A DNA stretch of 64,000 nucleotides from Desulfobacterales bacterium (GTDB lineage: Bacteria > Desulfobacterota > Desulfobacteria > Desulfobacterales > UBA5852). Within the stretch, counting starts at the first letter, position 1. Every line of letters begins with the position of its first letter. Of this stretch, positions 1-11,015 are shown piece after piece. The translations under genes were made by a program, and so were the position numbers. The DNA lies in the NCBI GenBank assembly GCA_049366795.1, contig JBMNCP010000062.1, positions 6,201 to 70,200 on the forward strand. Reading direction: 5' to 3'. The notes below the pieces were generated by a model, which saw nothing but the letters and a program-made list of their open reading frames with translations, was not told the DNA's origin and did no database searches.

Positions 1-49
1 CCTATAAAAATACCAGCCGCCTATCGGATTGTAAAGGCAGGCAGGGTGC

Positions 50-1804
50 TTACAGGTGCTGGCGTTTGTTTTTCCGGCTGCGGAGACCGGAAGGGTTGGA
101 GCCTTTGGCACGGCGGTCGGGCTTTCCGGTGATGAGCTGTTTCTGACGGGTTTTGCCCTTGAGGGTTTTCTCCACGAAAACCGGCTCTCCTGAAAAGGGG
201 TCGCGCCCGGTGTGGTACATCAGCGAGGACCATGTCGAAGGGGTCGGGGTGAAAATCTGCACCTGCTTCGGGAGCACCCCGAACCGCCCCAACAGTTCTT
301 TGCGCATGTCGTGCATCCGCTTTTCGTCGCATCCGGGGTGGGCTGCCATGAGGTAATAGGTGAGGAACTGCGGCTTGTGGGCTTTCTGTGAGGCGGCGTC
401 GAACATGACCTTGAAACGCTCGAGGACTTCAACGGACGGTTTTCCCATGAGGCGGAGGACCGTCGGATCGAAGTGTTCGGGCGCGACCTTGAGCTGACCC
501 GACACATGATGGGCGGCAACTTCCTTCAGATATTCCGCGGCCGAGCGCTGGTCGGCCAGTACCAGGTCGTACCGGATGCCTGAGGCGACGAATATGGATC
601 GGATTCCGGGCAATGTGCGAAGCGCCCTCAGAAGTTCGAGTTGAGGGCGATGATCCGGTTCGAGTTTGCGGCAAATCTCCGGGAAAAGGCATTGACGATG
701 TCGGCAGCTGCCCGAGACGGCCCGTTGCCGGCACTCGATCCCATACATGTTGGCGGTCGGTCCGCCGACGTCCGCGATTACCCCTCTGAACCGCGGGTGA
801 GCCGTCATCCTCTCCGCTTCGCGGACGATCGAAGCCTGGCTCCGCCAGTGAACCGCCTTTCCCTGATGCACGGCGATGGCACAGAAGCGGCAGCCACCGT
901 AGCAACCCCTGTGGGATGTGATCGAGAACCGAATCGTATCCAGGGCCCGCACCTCGCCTCCGGTGCGGTGATAGGGGTGAAGTTCGCGTTCATAATCCAG
1001 CTCGTGTAGACGATCCAGTTCGGGCGTATCCAGCGGTTCGGCGGGCGGATTCTGGATCAGCAGGCGGTTCCCGTGAGCTTGGAAAAGTCCCTTTGCACCC
1101 GGTATTTCCGCATTGGCGTAAAAGATCTCGAACATCCTCCCGAAGGCTTCGGGATCGGAAGCGGTCCTTTCGAATGCCGGCATCTCGATGTAGCCGGATG
1201 GCGCGGATGCGGCCCGGTAGCAAACACCGGGAATGTCCCTCGGGTCGGATCCTGCCTGGATGGCGTCGGCCATGCGGACGATCGATCTTTCTCCCATGCC
1301 GTAGATCAGGTAGTCGGCCTTGGCATCGAAGAGAATCGACCGCCGGATCCGGTCATCCCAATAGTCGTAGTGGGCAACGCGGCGAAGGCTGGCCTCGATG
1401 CCGCCCAGTACGATGGGGGCCGTGTCTTTGAAGAAGCGGCGGATGAGGTTGGCGTAAACGATCACGGCCCGGTCGGGCCGGCGGTCGTTGACGCCTCCGG
1501 GAGTGAAGTCATCCTGTTTCCTGCGCTTCTTCGTTGCGGTGTAGTTGGCCACCATGGAGTCGACGCTGCCCCCGGTCACCCCCCAGAACAGCAACGGTTC
1601 GCCCAGCCGCGATATGTCCGCACCGGAAGAGACGTCGGGCTGGCCGATGATGCCGACGCGAAAGCCCCGTTCGAGAAGTACCTTTCCCACCAGGCACGCA
1701 CCGTTGAACGCCGTGTCGACGTAGCTGTCACCGGATACGATGATCACATCGAGCCGGGACCAGCCCAAACGCTTCATCTCTTTCTGGGTTGTGGGAAGAA
1801 ACAT
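50..1804 (-). CDS. ygiQ: YgiQ-family radical SAM protein (UPF0313)
   Basis: 584-aa ORF. Radical-SAM CxxxCxxC cluster within SHRGCYGGCRFCAI. The N-terminal LDVIIVSGDSYVD region is typical of the YgiQ family. Confidence 0.85.
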   Translation of the reverse strand: MFLPTTQKEMKRLGWSRLDVIIVSGDSYVDTAFNGACLVGKVLLERGFRVGIIGQPDVSSGADISRLGEPLLFWGVTGGSVDSMVANYTATKKRRKQDDFTPGGVNDRRPDRAVIVYANLIRRFFKDTAPIVLGGIEASLRRVAHYDYWDDRIRRSILFDAKADYLIYGMGERSIVRMADAIQAGSDPRDIPGVCYRAASAPSGYIEMPAFERTASDPEAFGRMFEIFYANAEIPGAKGLFQAHGNRLLIQNPPAEPLDTPELDRLHELDYERELHPYHRTGGEVRALDTIRFSITSHRGCYGGCRFCAIAVHQGKAVHWRSQASIVREAERMTAHPRFRGVIADVGGPTANMYGIECRQRAVSGSCRHRQCLFPEICRKLEPDHRPQLELLRALRTLPGIRSIFVASGIRYDLVLADQRSAAEYLKEVAAHHVSGQLKVAPEHFDPTVLRLMGKPSVEVLERFKVMFDAASQKAHKPQFLTYYLMAAHPGCDEKRMHDMRKELLGRFGVLPKQVQIFTPTPSTWSSLMYHTGRDPFSGEPVFVEKTLKGKTRQKQLITGKPDRRAKGSNPSGLRSRKNKRQHL

Positions 1805-2107
1805 GATGTCGCCGACGCTGGGGTTTTATCGAATCGAACCTGCTGATCATCCGGAGTCAGCGCCGGATCCGTTGGCATGACGGCTGGAAGGGACAGACGC
1901 ATGGGCTTGAAGCGTGAGCATCGCGGATCAATCATCCATTTGGCAGGAGAGTAGGGAAGATGTTTCGGGATGTCAACGCGTCGGCGCAAAAGTCCGCCGG
2001 CTCGTTCGCCAATCTTGACACTCCCGGGCATTGCGGATAAAAGTTCGGATTTACATTGGAGACATCGATCCCATCGTCCATTGGGGATCACCAACCCGGA
2101 GGCCTAC

Positions 2108-4915
2108 ATGAACTACAAGACAACGCTGAATCTTCCCCAGACGGGATTCCCAATGAAGGCCAACCTCGCGCAGCGGGAGCCCGAACAACTCCGGAGCTGG
2201 GAAGATCAACGGCTTCACGACAGGGTCCGTGAAACGTCCAGGGGACGCGAGCCCTTCATTCTTCACGACGGGCCGCCATATGCCAACGGCCACATTCACA
2301 TCGGGACCGCCCTGAACAAGATCTTGAAGGATTTCATCGTCCGCGCGCGCCAGATGTCCGGGTTCGACGCCGTCTATGTGCCCGGATGGGATTGTCACGG
2401 GCTGCCGATCGAGCACAATGTGGACAAGGAGATCGGTCCTCGAAAAAAGGACATGACCCTTCCCGAGATTCGGGAAAAATGCCGGCGTTATGCCGAGAGA
2501 TTCATCGACATCCAGAGAGAGGAATTCAAGCGGCTCGGCGTCATGGGGGACTGGGGGAATCCCTATCTGACCATGAACTACGCCTACGAAGCCACCATCG
2601 CCGGTGAGTGCTGCAAGTTCGCGCTCGACGGCAGCCTCTTCCGTTCGAAGAAGCCGATTCACTGGTGCTGCAGCTGCCACACGGCCCTGGCCGAGGCCGA
2701 GATCGAATACGCAGACGAGATCTCGCCTTCCGTATACGTCCGGTTCCCGTTGCTGGGAGACCCCGCGGAAGTGGCTCCCGAACTTGCGGGAAAGTCCGTG
2801 GATATCGTGATCTGGACCACGACGCCCTGGACACTTCCCGCCAACCTCGCCGTCGCGCTGCACCCCGAAATCGGGTACGCGGCGGTCGAGGTGCCGGGGG
2901 GCGACGTCATGATTCTCGCCCGGGAGCTGGTGGAATCGTGCATGCGAAAATTCGGGTTCGAGGACTACCGGATCCTCGTCGAACTCGATGCCGCCTCCCT
3001 GGAGAGGAAAACATGCCGGCATCCGCTCTACGACCGGGAATCGTTGATCATCCTGGGCGATCACGTGACACTGGAGGCCGGGACCGGCTGTGTGCACACG
3101 GCCCCCGGTCACGGTCGTGAAGACTACGAGGTCGGGCTGGTCTACGGTCTCGACGCCTACTCGCCGGTCGACGACAGCGGGGTGTTCACCGATCAGGTCG
3201 ATTACTTCAGCGGGCAGTTCGTGTTCGATGCCAACAGCAGCATCATCGACCGGCTCCGAACGGCAGGAGTGCTGGTAGCCGAAGAAAAGATCGCCCACTC
3301 CTACCCGCACTGCTGGCGATGCAAAAAACCGGTGATCTTCAGGGCCACGCCACAGTGGTTCATATCTATGGAAAAAACGGGATTGCGGGCAAAGGCCCTT
3401 GCCGCCATCGATGAAGTGAACTGGATTCCCCATTGGGGAAGGGAGCGGATATACGGCATGATCGAGAATCGCCCCGACTGGTGCGTATCCCGCCAGCGAG
3501 CGTGGGGCGTTCCGATCGCGGTTTTCACCTGCGGGGAATGTGACGCCATCGTGATCAGCCCGGAGATCGTGGATCGGGTCAAACGGCTTTTCGAGGAACA
3601 CGGGGCGGACATCTGGTTCAGCAAAACGGCCTCCGAACTGCTTCCGGAAGGAACGGTTTGCGGCAACTGCGGAGGGACCCGTTTTGTCAAGGAGACCGAC
3701 ATCCTCGATGTCTGGTTCGATTCGGGCGTGAGCCACGCCGCCGTCCTGGAAGGCCGGGAGGATTTGAGATGGCCGGCCGACCTCTACCTGGAGGGAAGCG
3801 ATCAGCACCGCGGATGGTTCCACAGTTCGCTGCTGACCGCTGTCGGGACACGGAATCGGGCGCCCTACCGGTCCGTCTTGACCCATGGATTCGTTGTCGA
3901 CGCCGACGGCCGAAAGATGTCCAAGTCCATCGGAAACGTCATCGCACCCGGCGAAGTCATCCGCAAGTACGGCGCGGAGATTCTCAGGCTTTGGGTGGCC
4001 GCCTCCGACTATCGGGATGACGTGCGGATTTCCGACAACATCCTCAAGCAGTTGAGCGACGCCTACCGGAGGATCCGCAACACCAGCCGGTTCATGCTGG
4101 GCAACCTCTTCGACTTCGAGCCGGAAAAGGACGCGGTTGCCTACGAATCGATGCCCGAGCTCGACCGGTTCGCCCTGCACCGGCTCGCCCGGTTCATCCG
4201 GCGATCCCTCAAGGCTTACGAGACCTGCGATTTTCACGTGATCTACCACGGACTGTACAATTTCTGCACCGTCGATCTGTCGTCTCTCTACCTGGACGTT
4301 CTCAAAGACCGGCTTTACACCTCGCCGCCGACATCCCTGGAGCGCCGGAGCGCCCAGACGGCGCTCTTCCGGCTTCTGGACGCCATGGCACGGCTGATGG
4401 CGCCGATCCTCCCCTTCACCGCGGAGGAAATCTGGCGGTACATGCCTGCCTGGACCGGCAAGGAGGAGAGCATTCATCTCGCCGCGCTGCCGGATTCCGA
4501 AGCGCTTCCTGAGGATGAAGCGCTTGGCGCGGCGTGGGATCAGCTGCTCGTGATTCGCGGCGAGGTCATGAAAGCCCTCGAGACCGCCAGGGTCGACAAG
4601 CGGATCGGACACCCCCTGGATGCCTCGGTCCTGCTGGCGGCCGATGGAGACCACGGCGATCTTCTGGCCCGTTACGAATCCGTACTGCGCGATCTCTTCA
4701 TCGTTTCGAACGTCCGCCTGTTCGAGCCTGGCCGGTTGGAGGACGGCATCGCCAGCACGGAGATCGACGGGCTCCGGATCAAGGTCGAGTCCGCGGCCGG
4801 CCTGAAGTGCGAACGCTGCTGGGTGCACGACATCGACGTCGGCCGGAATGCGGATTATCCTACCGTGTGCGGCCGGTGTGCCGTCAAGCTGGATGTCATT
4901 CTGAAGAAACACTGA
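2108..4915 (+). CDS. ileS: Isoleucine--tRNA ligase
   Basis: Class I aaRS motifs: HIGH-type [11 protein letters not shown] and KMSKS ([10 protein letters not shown]). C-terminal CxxC...CxxC zinc-finger (CERCW, CGRC). I prefer the start at [12 protein letters not shown] (ATG 2108) over the track start at 1970. Confidence 0.95.
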   Translation: MNYKTTLNLPQTGFPMKANLAQREPEQLRSWEDQRLHDRVRETSRGREPFILHDGPPYANGHIHIGTALNKILKDFIVRARQMSGFDAVYVPGWDCHGLPIEHNVDKEIGPRKKDMTLPEIREKCRRYAERFIDIQREEFKRLGVMGDWGNPYLTMNYAYEATIAGECCKFALDGSLFRSKKPIHWCCSCHTALAEAEIEYADEISPSVYVRFPLLGDPAEVAPELAGKSVDIVIWTTTPWTLPANLAVALHPEIGYAAVEVPGGDVMILARELVESCMRKFGFEDYRILVELDAASLERKTCRHPLYDRESLIILGDHVTLEAGTGCVHTAPGHGREDYEVGLVYGLDAYSPVDDSGVFTDQVDYFSGQFVFDANSSIIDRLRTAGVLVAEEKIAHSYPHCWRCKKPVIFRATPQWFISMEKTGLRAKALAAIDEVNWIPHWGRERIYGMIENRPDWCVSRQRAWGVPIAVFTCGECDAIVISPEIVDRVKRLFEEHGADIWFSKTASELLPEGTVCGNCGGTRFVKETDILDVWFDSGVSHAAVLEGREDLRWPADLYLEGSDQHRGWFHSSLLTAVGTRNRAPYRSVLTHGFVVDADGRKMSKSIGNVIAPGEVIRKYGAEILRLWVAASDYRDDVRISDNILKQLSDAYRRIRNTSRFMLGNLFDFEPEKDAVAYESMPELDRFALHRLARFIRRSLKAYETCDFHVIYHGLYNFCTVDLSSLYLDVLKDRLYTSPPTSLERRSAQTALFRLLDAMARLMAPILPFTAEEIWRYMPAWTGKEESIHLAALPDSEALPEDEALGAAWDQLLVIRGEVMKALETARVDKRIGHPLDASVLLAADGDHGDLLARYESVLRDLFIVSNVRLFEPGRLEDGIASTEIDGLRIKVESAAGLKCERCWVHDIDVGRNADYPTVCGRCAVKLDVILKKH

Positions 4916-4949
4916 TTCTGCAAAGGCTGAGAGACAGGGGACCGGAACC

Positions 4950-5456
4950 ATGGCCGAGGCACCGAATGAAAAACCGAGTCCCGATTACCGTCTCTTGGCG
5001 GTGGTGACCCTGATCATCCTGGTGCTCGACCAGGCGACCAAGGCGCTCGTGTTGCAACAGATACCGCTCCATGGTTCGATTCCTGTGATTTCGGGGTTCT
5101 TCAACCTCACCCACATCCACAATCCCGGCGGCGCCTTCGGCTTTTTGGCGGATCAGAGCATCGGCGTCCGCCGCCTGTTCTTCCTGATCATCTCATCGGC
5201 CGCCGTCGTTCTTGTTTTCTGGTTCTATCGTACCACTCCGCGAGATCGCCCCTTTCTGGCCCTGGCCTTCGCGCTCATCTTCGGAGGCGCCATCGGTAAC
5301 CTGATCGATCGCTTTCGATTCGGCAAAGTGGTGGACTTCCTCGATTTTTATTTAGGCCAATGGCACTGGCCGGCCTTCAACGTTGCCGATAGCGCCATCA
5401 CCGTCGGCATCGGGATCTTCCTACTTCACCTGTTAAGCGGCAAAATGCCCGATTAA
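4950..5456 (+). CDS. lspA: Lipoprotein signal peptidase (signal peptidase II)
   Basis: 168-aa polytopic membrane ORF with conserved NPGGAFG and FNVADS motifs. Classic position directly after ileS. Confidence 0.9.
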   Translation: MAEAPNEKPSPDYRLLAVVTLIILVLDQATKALVLQQIPLHGSIPVISGFFNLTHIHNPGGAFGFLADQSIGVRRLFFLIISSAAVVLVFWFYRTTPRDRPFLALAFALIFGGAIGNLIDRFRFGKVVDFLDFYLGQWHWPAFNVADSAITVGIGIFLLHLLSGKMPD

Positions 5457-6931
5457 TGGCCGAATTCAAGTACATCGATTTTCAAAAGCACCTGGCCAAG
5501 GCGGGTTCGGAGTGGCAGGAATGCCCGGCCTACCTGATCCACGGGGACGAGCTGCTCGTCAACCGCGTGCTGGACCGATTGATCCCCCGGCTTCTCGACG
5601 GCGCTTCGCTTCAGCACAATTTCGAGCCCATCGACGGCCGCAACGAAAACGTCAAAGAAGCGCTCTCGCGGCTCAACACATTTTCCCTGCTCTCGGGCCG
5701 CAAGGTCGTCGCCTTGAAGGATGCCAGGGTCTTCTACAGCAGGAAGCAGAACACGGATCTGTTTCGAAAGGCCAGGGAAGCGGCCGCTGCCGGACAGATT
5801 CCGGAAGCCGCCCGATGGCTCTGCGATCTGCTGGGGATTCTCGGGCTTCAGTTCGAGGATATCGATGATGCCGAATCCTCCGAGCGGCACCTCGACGGGT
5901 TCGATCCCGCGCGGGATCGAAATTGGCTGGATCGTACCCTCGCCCATGCCCGGGAGGAGGCCATGGCGCCGGGCACCGCACCAGACGTCCAGCAGGAGAT
6001 CGAAAAGGCGATTGCCGACGGGTTCCCGCGCGGCCATTACTTGGTGATCACCACTGATTATGTCGACCGCCGGCGCACCTTGTATAAAAGCCTGGCTTCG
6101 GCGGGCACCGTCGTCGACTGTTCGGTGCCGGACGGTGAGCGAAGCTCGGGGCGGGGTGAACATGACGCGCTGATCCGCGAACTGGTGGACGGCAGGTTGG
6201 GGATGGCCGGAAAACGTATGGAGCCGGGGACGGTGTCAGCGCTGGTGGAGAGGACCGGGACGGATCTGCGGATGCTGAGCGGCAATCTGGACAAGCTGGT
6301 CGATTTTGCCGGCGGGCGGGAGTTGATCACCGCCGATGACGTGGTCCAGGTGCTTCAGCGGACCCGCCAGGACCCCCTGTATGCCTTCACCAACGCCGTG
6401 ACGGACCGGAATCTGCCCCAGGCGCTCTTTTACATGGACTCCCTGTTGGAGGGAGGAGAAATCAACCACCCGCTTCCGCTCCTGTCGGCTGTCATCAACC
6501 AGGTGCGGAAGCTACTGGTGATCAAGGATTTCATGACCAAGCCGACGGGGCGTATCTGGAAGCCGTCCATGTCCTATCCGATGTTTCAGAGTCGGGTCTA
6601 CCCGGCCGTTCAGGAGTTCGATCGGGGGCTCGCCGATCGCATCCAGAAGTGGCGGCTGGCCATCGAAGACGATGACGCCGCAGACGGCCCCCGGAAAAAG
6701 AGCGGGCGCGGGAAGGGTCCATCCTCGGACCTGTTGATCTGCCGGCAGTCGAAGAGTCCCTATCCGGTTTTTAAACTCTTCCTCAAGGCGGATCGATTCC
6801 GCATCGAAGAACTGATCGATGCGCTGCAAACCCTTGAAGCGGCCGACAGGCGCCTCAAGCGTTCGGGAACGAGCGGGCGCCTTGTCTTGGAGCAGGTCGT
6901 GTTTCGAATCTGCACCCCGAAGGAGAATTGA
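5456..6931 (+). CDS. holA: Probable DNA polymerase III delta subunit (unusually long, 491 aa)
   Basis: The N-terminus (AYLIHGDELLVNRVLDRL...FEPIDG...LNTFSLLSGRKVVALKDARVF) follows the HolA pattern, and the C-terminal helical region fits. The start overlaps the lspA stop (TAATG). Assignment is from motif recollection only. Confidence 0.55.
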   Translation: MAEFKYIDFQKHLAKAGSEWQECPAYLIHGDELLVNRVLDRLIPRLLDGASLQHNFEPIDGRNENVKEALSRLNTFSLLSGRKVVALKDARVFYSRKQNTDLFRKAREAAAAGQIPEAARWLCDLLGILGLQFEDIDDAESSERHLDGFDPARDRNWLDRTLAHAREEAMAPGTAPDVQQEIEKAIADGFPRGHYLVITTDYVDRRRTLYKSLASAGTVVDCSVPDGERSSGRGEHDALIRELVDGRLGMAGKRMEPGTVSALVERTGTDLRMLSGNLDKLVDFAGGRELITADDVVQVLQRTRQDPLYAFTNAVTDRNLPQALFYMDSLLEGGEINHPLPLLSAVINQVRKLLVIKDFMTKPTGRIWKPSMSYPMFQSRVYPAVQEFDRGLADRIQKWRLAIEDDDAADGPRKKSGRGKGPSSDLLICRQSKSPYPVFKLFLKADRFRIEELIDALQTLEAADRRLKRSGTSGRLVLEQVVFRICTPKEN

Positions 6932-6932
6932 T

Positions 6933-8336
6933 ATGCCGAGAACCAAGATCGTATGCACCATCGGGCCGGCCAGCGGCACCCCCGAGGTCATCGAAGCCAT
7001 GATCCACAACGGTATGAGCGTGGCCCGCCTCAACTTTTCCCATGGGACCCATGAACAGCACGTCGTCAACATCCGGACGATCCGGGAGGTGTCTTCCCGC
7101 ATGGGAAAACCGGTGGCGGTCCTCCAGGATTTGTGCGGCCCCAAGATCCGCGTGGGAAGCCTGCCTGAAGACGGGCTCAGGCTGAAAACGGGCCAGACCA
7201 TCCGCTTGACGAGCGAGCTGGTGGCGGGAGCCGCCGATCGTATTCCGGTCTCCCACCAGGCGCTCCACACCGACGTGAAGACCGGAGACCGGATTCTGCT
7301 GGCGGACGGCATGATGGAGGTCACGGTCGATCGGGTGGATGGCCTGGACATTATCTGTACCGTGGTGACCGGGGGACTGCTGACCTCTCACAAGGGCGTA
7401 AACCTTCCAGCCCGGACGTTGACGGTTGACGCGATAACCGACAAGGATCGGGAGGACCTGCGGCTCGGGCTGGAAAACGGCGTGGATTTCGTCGCCTTGT
7501 CCTTTGTACGTTCCGCCGCCGACGTGAACAAGTTAAAGGCGCTCATCCGGGAGCACGGCCGGAACACGCCGGTCATCGCCAAGATCGAAAAGCACGAGGC
7601 GCTGGAGGATGTGGACCGTATCGTCGACGCGGCTGAGGCCATCATGGTCGCCCGAGGCGATCTCGGAGTGGAGATCCCTTTGGAGAATGTGCCGAACATT
7701 CAGAAGATGCTGATCCACAAGTGCAACGCCGCGGGAAAGCCCGTCATCATCGCCACTCAGATGCTGCGATCCATGGTGGACTCGCCACGGCCGACGCGGG
7801 CCGAGGCCGCCGACGTCGCCAACGGCGTCCTGGACGGTGCCGATGCCGTGATGCTCTCGGAGGAAACCGCCAGTGGAAGCTATCCCGTCGAAGCGGTCCG
7901 CTATATGGCCATGATCGCCAAAAGTGCCGAGACCCGCTATCCCCACGACCGCTATTCCCGTCAGATTCCAAGTCCCGATGTATCCGAAGCGGTGGCGGCG
8001 GCGGCCTGCACGCTTGCCGACAATGTTCGGGCCGCCGCGATCGTCGCCACCACCCGTTCCGGCGCAACCGCCATCCACATCGCCCGATTCCGGCCCCGCG
8101 CTCCCATTCTGGCCCTTTCGCCGGATGAGCGGAGCATCCGCCGGCTATGCCTCACCTGGGGATGCATTCCCTGCCCGCTCAAGATCAGCGAAGACACCGA
8201 CGAGATGGTGGAACGTGCCGCGGAGGCCGCTCTGGAAACCGGACATGTCGGCAGCGCGGACCGGGTGGTGATCACGGCGGGCCGCCCGTTGTGGGCGGAG
8301 GGCACCACCAATATGCTGTGGGTCAAGGAACTGTGA
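6933..8336 (+). CDS. pyk: Pyruvate kinase
   Basis: MPRTKIVCTIGPAS, NFSHG, MVARGDLGVEIP and MLSEETA motifs. ATG 6933 lies 2 nt after the holA stop. The track start at 6819 is an upstream extension. Confidence 0.93.
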   Translation: MPRTKIVCTIGPASGTPEVIEAMIHNGMSVARLNFSHGTHEQHVVNIRTIREVSSRMGKPVAVLQDLCGPKIRVGSLPEDGLRLKTGQTIRLTSELVAGAADRIPVSHQALHTDVKTGDRILLADGMMEVTVDRVDGLDIICTVVTGGLLTSHKGVNLPARTLTVDAITDKDREDLRLGLENGVDFVALSFVRSAADVNKLKALIREHGRNTPVIAKIEKHEALEDVDRIVDAAEAIMVARGDLGVEIPLENVPNIQKMLIHKCNAAGKPVIIATQMLRSMVDSPRPTRAEAADVANGVLDGADAVMLSEETASGSYPVEAVRYMAMIAKSAETRYPHDRYSRQIPSPDVSEAVAAAACTLADNVRAAAIVATTRSGATAIHIARFRPRAPILALSPDERSIRRLCLTWGCIPCPLKISEDTDEMVERAAEAALETGHVGSADRVVITAGRPLWAEGTTNMLWVKEL

Positions 8337-8338
8337 CC

Positions 8339-8557
8339 ATGAAAGGGTTTTTCAGGCTTCAGGAAGAACGATTCGCCCTCAGGCTTCTGACCTGGCAGTA
8401 TCAGAAGAACGGACTTTCCGTGCCTCCCGAGCCGGAATTGAGCCAACGCGCCGCCGGTCTCGTGGACGAAGCGCATCGCATCGGGGCCGAAAGGGGACGA
8501 AACGTGCTTTCAATCCTAAAGGAACTGGCGGAATCCGTTCTCAAGAAAAAGCAGTGA
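8339..8557 (+). CDS. Small hypothetical protein (72 aa)
   Basis: ATG 3 nt after the pyk stop, in frame with the C-terminal part of track ORF 8147..8557. No recognisable motif. Confidence 0.3.
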   Translation: MKGFFRLQEERFALRLLTWQYQKNGLSVPPEPELSQRAAGLVDEAHRIGAERGRNVLSILKELAESVLKKKQ

Positions 8558-8726
8558 CCGACGATTTGAAAACTGAATCCCACTACAGTCGCCGAAGCCG
8601 ACTTAGGGATTGATAAAAGACATTCGGCGTGCTATGGAGCCAGCGCAAATCAGCTTGATCGCAAGCGCTTGGCCCTCGTTTATCCCAACTGCTCCGCTCT
8701 GGAGAACGGAACCAAAGGAGGTCGGA

Positions 8727-9911
8727 ATGCGAAAAGGATTAAGTGTTCTCGTAGCAATGCTGGTCGTGAGTCTGGCCGTTGCACCCATGGCTTGGTCCGC
8801 AATGCCATGGTCCAGGGGAAAATCCATCAAGATCGGCCTCAATGTGCCCATTACCGGCGATATTCCGAAAGTGGGCGAGGGATCAAAGTTTACCTCCGAG
8901 ATGTGGCTCGAATCCATCAACAACACTCTCAAGGTCGGCGACAAGGAATACAAGGTGGAGGTCGTGATCGAGGACAACGAGTCCAAGGCGGAATCCGCCG
9001 TGCAGGTGATGACCAAATTGATCACCGAGGACGAAGTCCTTGCCGTGATCGGACCCCAGTCGTCGAAACAGGCCGTGCCGGCCGGCGAAGTGGCCAACAA
9101 CTACGGTACGCCGATGATCAGCCCGTGGTCCACCAACCCCAACACCACGCTCGACCGGCCCTTCGTGTTCCGCGCCTGCTTCCTCGATCCCTTTCAGGGC
9201 CCGGTTCTGGCCAACTTCATCAAGGAAGAGTTCGGCTTCACCAAGGCCGCCGTGCTTTTCGACGTTGCCAGCGACTACCCGAAAGGCTTGGCTGAATTTT
9301 TCAGAATGGCCTGGGAGGAGAACAACGGTCCCGGATCCGTCGTCGCCTACGAAAGCTTCACCACCAAGGACACCGATTTCAGCTCCCAGCTGACCAACAT
9401 TATCAAAAGCGGAGCCGAGGTACTCTTCACGCCCCAGTACTACAACGAGGTGGCGCTCATCGTCCAACAGGCGCACGAGCTGGGATGGAAGAATCCCATC
9501 GTCGGCAGCGACAGCTGGGGGTCCGCCGAAACGGTCAACCTTTGCGGATCGGACTGCTACGGTGAATTTTTCAGCACCCATTACGCAGCTGCCGGCGCCA
9601 CTGGGGCGACCAAGGAATTCATCGACAAGTACAACACCAAATACGGGTATGTTCCGGATGACGCCGCGGCGTTGACCTGGGATGCCTTCAAACTCATTCA
9701 GACAGCCATCGAAAACACGGGAGGCCTTTCCGGCGACCTTCAGGAGGACCGCAAGGCCGTTCGGGACGCCCTTTCGAAGATCCAGGAATTCGACGGCATC
9801 ACCGGCAAGATGAGCTTCACGGAAGGCAGCGGAGACCCCACCAAGTGCGCGGTCATCGTTCGCATCAGCGACAAGGGGGAGTTCGAATTCTATAAAACGG
9901 TATGCCCCTGA
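8727..9911 (+). CDS. Branched-chain amino-acid ABC transporter substrate-binding protein (LivK/PF13458-like)
   Basis: Signal peptide MRKGLSVLVAMLVVSLAVAPMAWSA after the RBS AAAGGAGG. Periplasmic-binding type I fold pattern. Followed by livHMGF. Confidence 0.85.
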   Translation: MRKGLSVLVAMLVVSLAVAPMAWSAMPWSRGKSIKIGLNVPITGDIPKVGEGSKFTSEMWLESINNTLKVGDKEYKVEVVIEDNESKAESAVQVMTKLITEDEVLAVIGPQSSKQAVPAGEVANNYGTPMISPWSTNPNTTLDRPFVFRACFLDPFQGPVLANFIKEEFGFTKAAVLFDVASDYPKGLAEFFRMAWEENNGPGSVVAYESFTTKDTDFSSQLTNIIKSGAEVLFTPQYYNEVALIVQQAHELGWKNPIVGSDSWGSAETVNLCGSDCYGEFFSTHYAAAGATGATKEFIDKYNTKYGYVPDDAAALTWDAFKLIQTAIENTGGLSGDLQEDRKAVRDALSKIQEFDGITGKMSFTEGSGDPTKCAVIVRISDKGEFEFYKTVCP

Positions 9912-9977
9912 TATTCGGCTGCATTGATCTCTGATTGAACCGCAAAGGCAATTGCTTTTCCCTCAGGAAAATAAAAG

Positions 9978-10011
9978 AGCGGGCCAGGGGTTGCCCCTGA
10001 GCCCGCTTTTC
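9978..10011 (+). terminator. Intra-operon stem-loop / attenuating terminator between the binding-protein gene and livH
   Basis: AGCGGGCCAGGGG-TTG-CCCCTGAGCCCGCT stem (one bulge) followed by TTTT. Confidence 0.5.
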
Positions 10012-10032
10012 TGAGAGCGCGAGGAGCCCTTC

Positions 10033-10956
10033 ATGTCCTTTTTCCTGCAAAATGTGGTCAATGCCCTCCAGTGGGGTAGCTTTTACGCCCTCATCGCACT
10101 CGGCTATTCGATGGTTTACGGCATATTGATGCTGTTCAACTTCGCCCATGGCGATATTTTCATGGTGGGCGCCTATATCGGGTTCGGCGTGGCAACGGGC
10201 ATCACGGCCCTGGCGGCTGCCGGCGCCATCGCGTTGCCGAACTGGCTGATCCTGGTATTGACCATCCTGATCTCCATGCTGTTCACTTCCTTTGTCGGCA
10301 TGCTGGTCGAGCGCATCGGCTATCGCCCGTTGAGAGACGCCCCGAGGGCCTCCGCCGCCATCACCGGCCTCATGATCGGCATCATTCTCGAGACCGGCAA
10401 CCTGGCGCTTTTGGGCGCCCAGCGGATCAGTTTTCCCTCCCTGATTCAATCCACCACCTACAACTTCGGCGGCGTGTATGTGACCAACAAGAAGATCATG
10501 ATCGTGGTCGTGTCGCTGAGCCTGATGCTGCTGTTGAACGAGTTCGTTCGACGCACCCGATGGGGGATGGCCATGCGGGCCATGGCCTACGACTACGTGG
10601 TGATTCCCTTGATGGGAGTCCCCCTGAACACCATCGCCGCCATGACGTTCGCGTTGGGATCCGCGCTGGCGGCCGCCGCCGGCATTCTTTTTGGCATCGC
10701 ATACCCGGTTCTGGATCCGTACATGGGAATTGTCTTCGGCTGGAAAGCGTTCGTGGCCGCTATTCTCGGGGGAAGGGGATCGATTCTCGGAGCCTGCCTG
10801 GCCGGATTTCTGCTGGGATTCATCGAAATTTTCGTTGCCATGATCTTCCCCTCGACCTTGAGGGACTTGATCGCCTATTCGATCATTCTGCTGATCCTGG
10901 TTTTCAGACCCCACGGCTTCTTCGGGGAGCCTTACAGTGCCAGGTTGAGACTCTAA
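10033..10956 (+). CDS. livH: Branched-chain amino-acid ABC transporter permease
   Basis: 307-aa polytopic membrane protein. The N-terminus FLQNVVNALQWGSFYALIALGYSMVYG is typical of LivH. Confidence 0.88.
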   Translation: MSFFLQNVVNALQWGSFYALIALGYSMVYGILMLFNFAHGDIFMVGAYIGFGVATGITALAAAGAIALPNWLILVLTILISMLFTSFVGMLVERIGYRPLRDAPRASAAITGLMIGIILETGNLALLGAQRISFPSLIQSTTYNFGGVYVTNKKIMIVVVSLSLMLLLNEFVRRTRWGMAMRAMAYDYVVIPLMGVPLNTIAAMTFALGSALAAAAGILFGIAYPVLDPYMGIVFGWKAFVAAILGGRGSILGACLAGFLLGFIEIFVAMIFPSTLRDLIAYSIILLILVFRPHGFFGEPYSARLRL

Positions 10957-11015
10957 TCCCCTTGCAATGAAAAAGGATGGAGGATCTTCAATAGAAACCT
11001 GACGAGGACGAACGC

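Noticed and set aside
1970-2107. Upstream extensions of track ORFs (ileS from 1970, pyk from 6819, livF from 12588, binding protein from 8610, rsmG from 32766, acetyl-CoA hydrolase from 20640, EF-G from 19349, oleC from 49287, DHH-CBS from 44507, ABC ATPase from 39063)
   Set aside because: The internal starts coincide with conserved protein N-termini, RBS-like sequences or stop/start coupling with the upstream gene. The extensions overlap upstream genes or have non-coding-like composition.
2051-4951. 966-aa ORF on the minus strand covering the whole ileS region
   Set aside because: It is exactly antisense to a gene with unambiguous IleRS motifs. The Arg/Gly/Pro/Val-rich composition with no motifs is typical of shadow ORFs in GC-rich DNA.
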